Shown: positions 51,113-62,895 of the stretch, piece by piece | Layout of the letters: each line of letters opens with the position of its first letter | How positions within the stretch are numbered: the stretch's first letter is position 1 | Assembly (NCBI GenBank): GCA_032718475.1 | Contig: JAUCBJ010007128.1 | Span: 7,915 to 71,914 of the forward strand | Length of the DNA: 64,000 nt | Direction: 5' to 3' | DNA from: Nemertoderma westbladi | Taxonomy: Eukaryota; Animalia; Xenacoelomorpha | Translations under genes and position numbers: made by a program | Notes under the pieces: generated by a model | The model's input: the letters and a program-made list of their open reading frames with translations, nothing else | Databases searched by the model: none | What the model was told of the DNA's origin: nothing

Positions 51113-52353
51113 TGTAAAAGCTTTTACTGAATTGTCCGGTTATTTTTCCTTATTTTTCCCGTAAAGTACTCTGTAGTTGGTTTACCAGGCATAAAAAGGC
51201 CGTGTCCTTGCTGTACTGGTGTTTTAGCGGACATAAAAGCTATTTCTTCTGTATTTGTACTTTAGAGGACATAATCCGTAATTCCGTGACGTAAAAGCTC
51301 GATACTCTTGAAAACAGTGTCGCTACCATGACGACGGCTAGCAGCTGATATTGCCACGTCGACGTTTCTTTGTTTCTCTGTTCTCTCGTTGTTCAGGTTG
51401 ACCAATCTGAGCGTTTGTTATCTCTGTGTTGGAGGTATATACAGAAACTCAGTAGTTCAGTGTTATGTTTTTGTCCAGAGCCTAAGAACCGGCTTTGGCA
51501 CCTCCGTGTTTTAGTTTTTAGTCTTACACTAGTAGGTTTAATTATAAAGGGCATATATCCTTTAACGCACCTACCTGACTCATGGAATCACTGCTGACTG
51601 ATGATCATACATGCTGACTGATGATTATACATGCTGACTGCTGAAACATTGCAAACTCATAACAATCAGTGTTTTCATTGTTGTTTTATACTGCTATTTA
51701 CCGTCAGTTCTTCATAATATGGTTGATGAATTATTATATTTGGAATAACGATAAACAACCCCGAAACCCAATGTTCTTGATATACCGAAGGTAAGAGAGA
51801 AGGGTTACAGATAAACGATTGTGACTTATGTTAAAGTGGTTTGAAGTGAATCTAATGTTATTTGATAGACCCTACATGAGCCAGTCTGTGTTCCTTTTAT
51901 ATGTGACTAAAATCAGTGAAGATCGGCAGATTAGTGTGCAGTATTGTGCAGCATTGTGTATGAGTGAGTCTGTTAAAGAAGCATTCCTAAAGAATGCGCC
52001 ATATATGTGAATTATAATTAAGCCATATCGTTGTGAGTGGTTTAAGTCATAACTCTGTTTATATAGATAAAGCGCCACGTCCTAAAGGAACTGTTAATAT
52101 TACCGAAGGTGAATAATATTGTCAGAGATTATATAGTACTGTCAGTCGAATAATACATTAGGCTTACATAGCAATAAAATTAAACCGTCGAACCCAATCT
52201 CCCGGGAATCTCCAACGGGTGAATGGTCGCGCACGGATTGGTTTCGACTAGTGTAGTGAATCAAATACTTGTCATAGACTAAAAACTGATTTAATATCTA
52301 GAAGACATCTTAATTTGGTGGGTTAAACTGCCAAAGGTCTGAAAGCGCGAACA
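51113..52353 (+). repeat. BEL-2 5' LTR (1241 bp)
   Basis: Direct repeat of 61677-62895 with about a dozen substitutions and a ~22-bp repeat-unit indel by eye. CCAAT ~51402, TATA-like ~51436, AATAAA ~52173. Confidence 0.95.
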
Positions 52354-52728
52354 TTAAAGGATATAGCTTCTTTATTGCAGTAAGCAATAAAGTTGAAAGT
52401 ACCGGTCAACCGGTACATCTGTAGGTCAGTAGGCCCAACTGCCAGAACCGGTACCAGTAGGCCTGACTACCTAACCACCCGGACCGGTACCTACAGCAGT
52501 ACAAGTACACTAGTATTATTCGATTTGATTGTTGCATACCGGTAGGCTGTTTAGGGGATTAGGGATTGATCACCCCTTATACCTTTATATGGTTTACTTA
52601 TTTCTGTCAAGTTTTATTTATTTGTAGGCCAGTATTGAACAGAAGGCGTGTAAACCTGATCAGATTGTACAGACGATTTGTAGGCTGAGCTGTTGTCTGA
52701 TTGCTGTTAAGTCCGAACGAATTGCAGT

Positions 52729-53250
52729 GTGTGTAGATCACCTGTCCGATTAAGTACGATTAGGCAGTAGGGGCAGCGAACGCTGTAAGGTAATCCCCCA
52801 ACTAAAGAATAAGTCGCACTACTGGGTTAGAGCGCATACTCCCTAATCATTTCGGAGTCTGCATGTCCTGTGGTTTATTTAGGCTTGAGAGTGGTCTGCC
52901 ATCGTTTAGTCTGTACTTTGTTTGTGTAAGTCTGTACGGGTAGCGTATAATTTTATTTAGATAATTTGTAGGCTGGATAGTTGTCTGGCTGTTATTAGGT
53001 CTGAACGGATTGCCGCGTGTGTAGATCATCTGTCCGATTAAGTACGATTAGGCAGTAGGGGCAGCGAACGCTGTAAGGTAATCCCCCAACTAAAGAATAA
53101 GTCGCACTACTGGGTTAGAGCGCATACTCCCTAATCATTTCGGAGTCTGCATATACCGTAGTTTGTTTAAGCTTGATAGTAGTCTGTCAGTGTTCTGTCT
53201 GTATTTTGTTTGAGTAGTTTGTACGCGTAGCGTAATATTTATTATTCAGA
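52729..53250 (+). repeat. ~290-bp tandem duplication in the BEL-2 5' UTR
   Basis: GTGTAGATCA..TGTCCGATTAAGTACG...CGGAGTCTGCAT occurs near-identically at ~52731 and ~53019. The second halves are diverged. Confidence 0.85.
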
Positions 53251-54557
53251 GTTTATGCGATTATTCGCAACATTCAAGTCCCCAAGTTTGTTCCTACAGT
53301 AATTGTGTTTGTTATACATACCGCTATAGTTAAATTAACCTCGGTACTACACGGGCTGCTTGGCGTAGGTAAAGACTGGTGATTTTGTGCATCGGTCACT
53401 CCAGCAGATGCCGTGGTTCTTTTAGCTGTTCAAGTATATTTAATTACTGATTATCTGTTGTACAAGTACTCGTACCTAATTTAGGGTTTAGTGTACAGTG
53501 CTTTCCGAGAATAATTAGTGTAGGCATTATATTTGTGTTGTAAAGTGGTTGATAGGCACATTCGATTAGCTCTATTAACTTCTAGGTAGGAACACTCCGT
53601 GATACATAACGTAGAACCTATAGCGATACGGCTATAGGTCGTCAGGCGGTGGTATTTTCCTATCTGGACAACGCAGTGTATTTACTACTACTTATTATTT
53701 CAAATACCGTAGTACCCTGTCCGTTGTAATAACCAGTTTTCTAACCCTTTGTTAGGCTGGTTTGTAGACTTCTTGTAAAATTACCCTAAAAATTTCGTAT
53801 TTTGTGTTTTTTGTAAATTTTTGTGTTTATTTAGAGATTGTAATCTCACCCGAATTGTACGTACTTTGTAGTATTAAGTAACTTAGGTAAATTAGTATTA
53901 TTTGTTTTAGTGTCCTGTAAGTAACACTTCACTGAAAGCGCACCGCTTTGTGTAGTGATTACTCCCCAGAAATAATAACATTTATTTCAAATATTGACAA
54001 AGCCCATTAAAACGGGTATATATATATTATAAATCAAATCTAACGATTTATAAATAGTAGGCCTACCATATAACCATTAGGTCTCAATATCAGTTGGACT
54101 ACTGTTCAAATAACGGTAATAAAGTAAGTAAAGTAACAAAGTAACCCTAAAGTTCAGAAATTCAATTATTTAAAATAATTGATATACCGGTATTTACGAT
54201 AGGCCTATTATCTTTATTTCTGTAAATTTAGGCTGAAATTATACCGGTACTTGTAATTAATTCTAGTCCAGAATTATATATACTACAAACAGTAAGCTGT
54301 ATACCGGTATTCCGATAGGCCTATTATATATTTATATATATTTGTGCTAAAATTATACCGGTATTCTGTGATAAACCTAGTCTGTAATAATAGTTATATA
54401 TACTATAAGTATACCGGTATTCTAATATATTATATATATATCACGCTACATTGAGTAGCAGTACCGGTAATTAATTATTAGGCTAGCGGTTAATACTGAG
54501 TTACTAGACTTGCTCAGACTGTAATACAGCAGTAGACATTCAACTGTACACATAAGC

Positions 54558-57500
54558 ATGTCTGACGCAAAGCAGAACCTGTCAGACAGTCTACTAGATA
54601 CAACCGAGAGCGAAGTGACAGCAGAGAAACCGCATAAGAGGGATGCCATTGATATCTATCTGTCAGACTATCAGCGTTTTGTGGGAGATAAAGAGTTGAG
54701 GAGAAGGCTAGAGGGACTTAGCCCTAATAGCGAAGGAGCCAAACTTGTGTTAGATGCGATTGATGTGGATAGGTTAGCGGCGAACCAAGCTAAATTCGAT
54801 GAACAACTCCGCATCGCTAGAGAAAGGGAAGAACAAGTAAGGAAAAAACGTATAGAAGACAGAAAGAAAGCAGCAGTAGTAGTTGCAGAAGCAGAAAGAA
54901 AGGCGGCAGCGGCCAAGGCAGCGGCAGAGGCAGCGGCAGAGACAAAAGTGGCAGAAGCAGAAAGGAAAGCGGCTGACGAAATCACCCAATTAGAATTGGA
55001 AAACATTCAGGAGAATCAAGACTGCATAAATAAACAGTTAGCAGCTAGTAATATGCAGATGATGAATCGATCTACTCCCAAAAGACAGGGATATACATCA
55101 TCGGAGGAAGGCGATACCACCGATACTGAAGGCAAAGGAAATAGATCTCGTCTAAGCAGACGTAAAAGAACATTCCACCGTCAGAAATTGCCTGATTTGC
55201 CTCCAGCTGTTAGAAGGCAACTAAATAACACCAACTTAGGTAGTACAGAGCCCACAGACCAAATAATTAAAATAGAAAGACTCCCTACTATAGTAGATGA
55301 GCCTGAAATAAGTAGGCCTGTTCTTGAAATCACCCCTTCGGTGATAGACATACCTGTGCTCCATGAGACTACCTATAAATTCCCTCTACATAGCACTAAG
55401 CTACCTGTGCCCCGTAGAACTGCCCGAGAGACAGTTCAGGTCCTGGACCCCGAGCGAAATATTCCGAATTTGTCGCCCGTTGTCCCTTGTCTGCCCGCTA
55501 CGACGTTGGCGGATCCCGTTTCGGCGGTTGATTGGGTAGACGAGAGACGGCGGGGGATAGATATTCTCCTCGGAGAGATGAAGGAGAATCGGATACGCTC
55601 CTCCCAACAGGTCCGAGAGTTGGAAGGGACTGTCCAACATTTAAAGGGAACAGTGAGGGAAAGCAAGTTAGAGTTGCAAGAAGTGCAGCAAAATATCGCG
55701 CTAGAGCGCGATAAATTAGTAAATTTACAAAAGGGTATACCACCACCCCCTGTAACAATGTGTCAACCCGTTAGGTCTGAAGTATCTCATGCGCAAGGTG
55801 TGGAGCCTACACGCATCTATACTGCTAGCGAAGTAGAAACTCCTATAGTGAACCCTATTAAGGGTAATTATAGACCTGTTGATAGTGATATTCCCTATAG
55901 ACTGGATCATAATCCGAGAAATTTATATACCGATACCTCGATATTAAATAGCACGATGGCCCAAGAAAGTTTTACGCGTCAAATGGCTAGAACCGAAGCC
56001 CGGCAAGCGGTAAAGGTTGGAGAGATCGTCAAGTTCAATGGAGAGGAGATGAAATGGTTACCTTTTAATGAATATTACAAAGATAACATACAGAACTCTG
56101 TACTGATCTAATGGAGAAAAACTTAGATACCTCATCGAGTGCTTGGAAGGATCTCCCAAGTTAATGGCGTTAAGGTTTATTGGACATCCAGACGGATTAA
56201 GACAAGTTTGGGATACATTAAACATCAGGTATGGTAATAGGAATAACATAGCTGGGTGTTTGTATGCAAAGTTGGTAGCGCCCCGAAAGTTTATTAGCAG
56301 CGGGATTATAGAGTTTTCCGATGAAATTCAGGAGATCTGCAGACAATTAGATTGGCTAGGTAAGTCTCATGAGTATCAGAGTGCTATGGTTATTAGAGCA
56401 GTGGCTTCTGCTTTACCGAAGGGTGGAGTAGGTACACGCTGGGATAAGAAAGTGTTATATATGATGGAACAACAACAACGAGACCCTACCATGGCTGATC
56501 TCATGTCATTCTTGGATAGCGAGGTGAAATTACAGCTCCTAAGGCAGTCCAGAGAGAAGACATTGGAAAACAAGGTAAGTGAGAAACCCGTTTCTAGGAG
56601 AAGGGTAACACCAGTATGTTATACCGACGATGGTGAAAGCCAAACTTCTCAAGGAGAGGACAGCGGGAAAGACACTGACAGATCTTATTATGTCAATAAA
56701 ATGCCTAAAGATCAGGTAAGTAAATCCAAGTCTCGACCCAATGACAGAAGGGAACCGGTACAAAAAACCCTTCCTACGTCTCCTAAAAGAATTCAGGTGA
56801 GAAAGCCCGAGGAAAGAACAAGTGTGCACCACATAGCACAGGTTAAAGTAAGTAACATCAAGCCGAAATGTGTGCTGTGCGACGGGCCCCACCGTTTAAA
56901 TGCGTGTGATAAATTCCTGAGGAAATCACTCGAGGATAGACGTGAAGTCATGTGGGATAAGCGGTTGTGTTATAATTGCCTCAGACGAGGACACCAACGG
57001 CGAACCTGTAACTCCGACGCAAGGTGTGCAAAGTGCGGCGCAAAACATCATATCTTGTTGCACACGGAATTCGAACGAAACAGCCCGAGTCAGGTAAGTG
57101 AGTCCGAACTACATGTCCAATTCAGTGATGTGAACGACACTGATCAATCTGAGATGGAAGGATTCTATACGGACGAGTTCTCCGACCAAAACGAATCCTG
57201 TTACCTAATAAACACCACCGCAGTGTATCGAGCACTCGTGTATGAGAAAGACACAGACAGCGACCTTACCTTAACTACTTCCGATCAACAACCATCTTGG
57301 AAAGCGCCAACTTCCAATATAGGAATCCGAGAATTTCCTGTAGTCCAGTTACGGGTCCACGGACCTCAGAAGAGCTATATAGTGAACGCCCTCCTGGACT
57401 CCGGTAGCACAGGAACATTCATCGATAAAGAGCTAGCCGAAGATATATTTGCTGGACAACCCAAGTTCCAAACTAAGCTCAACATGTCAGGCATTATGCA

Positions 57501-58608
57501 AGTTTGGAAATCTACAATAACAGCTGATTATTATGTAGGCGCGTTGTCCACCCCACAAGACGAACTAGGAGAACATAGCATAAGGTCAGTGAAAATGGTG
57601 GCTATAAAGAACTTCGCTACTACTCAAGCAGACCTTTATAATTGGGACGAGGATGAGAGCATCCAACATCTTAACATACCTCGATTCCAGACTGATTATC
57701 CTGGAGTGCAAATACTCATCGGCCAAAACGCGCATGAGGCGCTGGAGACATTAGAGAAACGGCCTGCTCAACCGCAGCCACTACAGACCTATGCGGTAAG
57801 AACTAGAGTAGGTTGGTACCTTACTGGACCTTCCCGTAGAACGCTCAGGGAAAGACTGCTTCAAGATCGCGTCTGCCAGGTGAGTGAATGGGAAGATGAT
57901 ACTAGTGAGGGAGACGACCCAACTGAGGGAACACCACACTCCTCAGATAATGACAATCTTAGCTCCAATGTAGATCAATGGAGATATTGCCCCAAGAAGT
58001 TTAATCCAACGGACATCGCTTCCAGAGGAGCAACTCCTCAAGAACTGACAGATACTATAGACCGGTTAGGTGAACCCGACTTCCTGAGTAAGGAGAATGA
58101 ATGGCCTCCCCATCTTACTCCGACTGAGATTAGACCAGCCAAGGGAGCGGAGAAAGTCGAACCTGAAACCCGGACGGGTGGATCGGAGTTATTTGAACCC
58201 GGGATAGATCTGTCGGTATTACATGTTGCCAGGGACGACGCCGTGGATCTGGGCCTCCCCTCCGCGAGTGGATCCTTCATGAAGATCAGAGAGAGCGATT
58301 GGAGCTCTGGAACATCAGACGTCTCGCAGGGACTCTCACCTCTCCTGCAGAGAGCGACGGACCACTATAGCTCCTGGAATCGGCTTTGTGACGCCGTCAT
58401 ATACTTTGAGCGATGTTTCTATCGTCACTATTCCAGGACGAAGAGGAAACCTGGAATTGTATTCAGGATGCAGCGACTCAATCACCCAGTCGGTCGTTTG
58501 TGTTTATCGGAAGGGAATGGAGGACTCTCCGGAAACTGTGGAAGGCAAGATTCTCTTCCCACGACCACCTCCCTAATCCTTCAAACATCTAGGGACTCCA
58601 TAACGTAA
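54558..58608 (+). pseudogene. BEL-2 gag-protease ORF with a 1-bp frameshift, fused to RNase H and integrase C-terminal fragments
   Basis: 54558..56111 and 56143..58608 join by removing one base near 56106 (NSVL-SNGEKLRYL). Knuckles CVLC..H..C, CYNC..H..C, CAKC..HH..H. Protease LLDSGS. The ORF then jumps to QWRYCPKKFNPTDIASRG and finally HPVGRLCL, with no RT and no integrase core. Confidence 0.88.
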
Positions 58609-59158
58609 CAACATATGGAGTGGGTGTGTGACTCTATTATTTTATATTATTTTATTATTTTTATATTTATGTATGTATTACTATGTAATTCTATTATAAT
58701 CGTTTTCTTTAATTTTATTCAGTAGAATGTTATTTTAGCGATTATTTAGTAGATTAGTGCAATATATATTCGCGTTTATTACTTAATTACGTATATATTA
58801 TATTTAATGCGACGGCAAGAAATAATTCTTTTCCTTCTTCCTTACTGTCCGTATTACATTACAAATACGTAACTACAGTAAGATGAAATGTCCGTACTTA
58901 TTAAAGTACAATAAAGCCACTACTATATTCAAGTATTATTGGTAGGCAGAGTATTAGGAATGCAAAGTTCAGATCCTCGTGTCTCGGCTAAACCAAGCTC
59001 TGGGTAGACCTTGGAAACGACTTGCCTCTTCACACTGACATTGCTTCGTGCGATATTGCTCTCATACCGTATATTAAATAATACATATAGTAGCGTGATG
59101 TCCCTTTAACAGTAGCGTATAACGCAAAATAAATCTGTTAAACCCTTTGACCATCTGT

Positions 59159-59460
59159 AATTCTAGTCGATTAAGATATCGCGGCACCCACCGATATACT
59201 TGAAAGACAAATTCTAGAATCAGTGGTTAACGTCCCCAGACAAGTTCTGGAATAAATCGGTGCCCATCTCAAATATTAATTAATTAATATTTGCAAAATC
59301 TAATAAGTCAAAATCTGTAAAATTCAGATCCTTCAACAATTCTAGTCAATTAAGATATCGTAGCATTTACCGATATTCTTAAAAAGACAATTGTCATAGA
59401 ATTAAGGATCTTGTGTCCCCAGACATGTTCTGGAATCCAAATATGTCCATTTAATTATCA
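59159..59460 (+). repeat. Diverged ~179-bp tandem duplication in the BEL-2 3' region
   Basis: AATTCTAGTC(G/A)ATTAAGATATCG...CCGATAT...GTCCCCAGACA.GTTCTGGAAT at ~59159 and ~59338. Confidence 0.75.
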
Positions 59461-60239
59461 AATAATAAAATTTCAGGGAATCAATTTAAATTCATGCCTT
59501 TTAATGAATTTAATAAATTGCCATTTTTACGCAATTTATAAAGTTCCCAAAATTCCATTAATTAATAGATCAAGGGAGCGGAGATTTATCTTATCATGCG
59601 TATGAGTGTGCGAAAGTCTCCCAAACATAGTCAATAGCCGATAAAATTCATAAAGTCATGTATAAAACAGAACATTGACTATTAAAGAATACTATTAAAT
59701 AACATCCCAGATCTGTATGCATTGGAATTGCTCTAATTCTACCGCTAGCTTTGCATAATGTCACCATAGCAACAACCACGCTAGAATTAGAATTGAGTTA
59801 AAAGAACAATAGAAAGCTTGTCCCATTGAATAGCATAGGGAATAAATAGTGCACTGATAGTATCCAAGGATACATAATAATACAGTGACATTCTGGAAGG
59901 CATTGACTAACGGACAAGTGACCCGAGTGTGTGTAATTTGTGACAAGTTGTGTGTGTGGTACTTGTGAGTTTATAGGCGAATGTTACTACTAAGGTGTGT
60001 TTACAGTAGCTAGTCGCAATCGTAAAAGTAACCTAACTCTCCAAGGAAAACCTGAAGTACATCTAAGTCTTTGGGACGGACAGTCGAGTGACTTGTGTCG
60101 GTTGTCGTTGTCGTTGTGCGGCTACGTCGTTGGCGAAAGTACAGCGGCGACGACACATCGGCGCTGAGGATCTCGTACTGTCCGGGGGTTAATTGGAGTA
60201 GGCAGCGACGCTCGCTAGCCTGAATATAAACTCCTTATA

Positions 60240-60572
60240 ATGTGGATAAACTCATATATAGCAGACATGATGGAGTTGATAGCAGATGTTCTTGGTATCG
60301 GGGAGCGATATACTCTACTTTTGCAAGCGTTTGTTGATAGCTTAATACGCGGCGACGTTAGTCCAACTGCTGCGGAGGACGATGGTCGTTATATCGAACC
60401 GCCAATGTCCCAAGAGCAGCTCGCGCGCGAGTTGGACTATAGAAAATTCGCTGCTCGATATACGCAGCGTAATGGTACGTATGTGGTCTTCTTAACTACT
60501 GGTCATCCTATCGATTTACACAATACGGACTATGTCGACTATATATCCTGCCCAGCGGAGTCGGAACCATAA
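60240..60572 (+). CDS. Hypothetical accessory ORF in the BEL-2 3' region
   Basis: 110-aa ATG-initiated ORF in a GC/CpG-richer block between pol and the 3' LTR. No recognisable family. Confidence 0.3.
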   Translation: MWINSYIADMMELIADVLGIGERYTLLLQAFVDSLIRGDVSPTAAEDDGRYIEPPMSQEQLARELDYRKFAARYTQRNGTYVVFLTTGHPIDLHNTDYVDYISCPAESEP

Positions 60573-61676
60573 ACTGAAATTCGAATGCGAAAATTCTATT
60601 CGAAATCGACTCGAAAGAAAAGACACTAAAGAAACAAATGGACGCGGTAACTCCAACGTATATTTGGAATTCTTGATAGAAGCATTGTAACAACAAATAA
60701 ATATCACCCGCGTTTCCCCTACCAGACGTGCGTCTTTGGTATTATTACGATAAATGTCCTAGACCCAGCCAATAAACGGAAAGACATAAACATCCACGGA
60801 AACGTCGTGTTAAACACAGTTGTGTTCGTTATATTTACTGGAGTTTCGAGCGAAACTTGTTTGACGTATCACCTATGCTCACTCGGCTCTAACGATCCTA
60901 GAGTAAACCTACGATCAGAGTCCCGGAATACTCGGTCAAACCTCCTCATTCCTTAGTTGGACCTCAGACCTGCGATCCTGGTGGTGTCGCGGATCCTCGC
61001 GGACGGTATTCACTGTTCAAGATCTAGTGCTACCCTAACAATTAATCGGTAACACTCCGACAGTGATTTCTAGCTAGCCGCCCATCTTACCTAGCTGGAT
61101 TATGACGCAGACACCTAATATCATTATCCAACCGTATGGTCGTCCCGTTTAACGCGATACAACCCTTCATCAAAGTGAAGGAGAGCGTTGTACGAAACGA
61201 GTTAAACGCTATTCTATAAAGATCAAAAAAGAAACCTGCGTTTGTTCAGATAAACGTAAGTTATAACAGTAAGTCCAATCGATAAACGAATTGTCTTTAT
61301 CTCAGTTCGATTGTGAAATCCAGAATCTCTAAGAAGATATCGCACTTAGACAACCCCATTCTCTGCGAGAGTTTTTGGATGAACGTATCCAGCTACGAGC
61401 GGAGGAAAATCAGCTCGAGGAGAAGCATATCGAAACGGCGGATACCCCGACCACAATCCTACACCTTCTGATGCAATCATATTGCACCCTTCACCCAGGA
61501 GTTATGGCCCTCCTAGTAAAGTGGCTCCCCCCAAAGAGAAAAAGACTCTTGCTAGCCTCAAAAAACTGCGTAAACGCCGTCTGCGTAAGAAAGACTAACT
61601 GTTTAGAGTATCTTTATGTTTTAGAAACTGTGATTTTTATATTTTATAGACTGAAAATCCCATTTTCTGGGAGCGG

Positions 61677-62895
61677 TGTAAAAGCTTTTACTGAATTGTC
61701 CGGTTATTTTTCCTTATTTTTCCCGTAAAGTACTCTGTAGTTGGTTTACCAGGCATAAAAAGGCCGTGTCCTTGCTGTACTGGTGTTTTAGCGGACATAA
61801 GAGCTATTTCTTCTGTATTTGTACTTTAGAGGACATAATCCGTAATTCCGTGACGTAAAAGCTCGATACTCTTGAAAACAGTGTCGCTACCATGACGACG
61901 GCTAGCAGCTGATATTGCCACGTCGACGTTTCTTTGTTTCTCTGTTCTCTCGTTGTTCAGGTTGACCAATCAGAGCGTTTGTTGATCTCTGTGTTGGAGG
62001 TATATACAGAAACTCAGTAGTTCAGTGTTATGTTTTTGTCCAGAGCCTAAGAACCGGCTTTGGCACCTCCGTGTTTTAGTTTTTAGTCTTACACTAGTAG
62101 GTTTAATTATAAAGGGCATATATCCTTTAACGCACCTACCTGACTCATGGAATCACTGCTAACTGATCATACATACTGACTGCTGAAACATTGCAAACTC
62201 ATAACAATCAGTGTTTTCATTGTTGTTTTATACTGCTATTTACCGTCAGTTCTTCATAATATGGTTGATGAATTATTATATTTGGAATAACGATAAATAA
62301 CCCCGAAACCCAATATTCTTGATATACCGAAGGTAAGAGAGAAGGGTTACAGATAAACGATTGTGACTTATGTTAAAGTGGTTTGAAGTGAATCTAATGT
62401 TATTTGATAGACCCTACATGAGTCAGTCTGTGTTCCTTTTATATGTGACTAAAATCAGTGAAGATTGGCAGATTAGTGTGCAGTATTGTGCAGCATTGTG
62501 TATGAGTGAGTCTGTTAAAGAAGCATTCCTAAAGAATGCGCCATATATGTGAATTATAATTAAGCCATATCGTTGTGAGTAGTTTAAGTCATAACTCTGT
62601 TTATATAGATAAAGCGCCACGTCCTAAAGGAACTGTTAATATTCCCGAAGGTGAATAATATTGTCAGAGATTATATAATACTGTCAGTCGAATAATACAT
62701 TAGGCTTACATAGCAATAAAATTAAACCGTCGAACCCAATCTCCCGGGAATCTCCAGCGGGTGAATGGTCGCGCACGGATTGGTTTCGACTAGTGTAGTG
62801 AATCAAATACTTGTCATAGACTAAAAACTGATTTAATATCTAGAAGACATCTTAATTTGGTGGGTTAAACTGCCAAAGGTCTGAAAGCGCGAACA
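61677..62895 (+). repeat. BEL-2 3' LTR (1219 bp)
   Basis: Direct repeat of the 5' LTR, followed by the TSD ATATG. Confidence 0.95.

Larger units (their letters stand above)
51113..62895 (+). mobile_element. BEL/Pao LTR retrotransposon (BEL-2) with complete ends and RT and integrase deleted
   Basis: LTRs 51113-52353 and 61677-62895 (TGT...AACA). 5-bp TSD ATATG (51108-12, 62896-900). PPT-like GGGAGCGG before the 3' LTR. Confidence 0.95.

Noticed and set aside
51828-62620. Duplicated small ORFs (51828/62370, 51872/62423, also 21110/25832)
   Set aside because: They are incidental ORFs inside LTR pairs.
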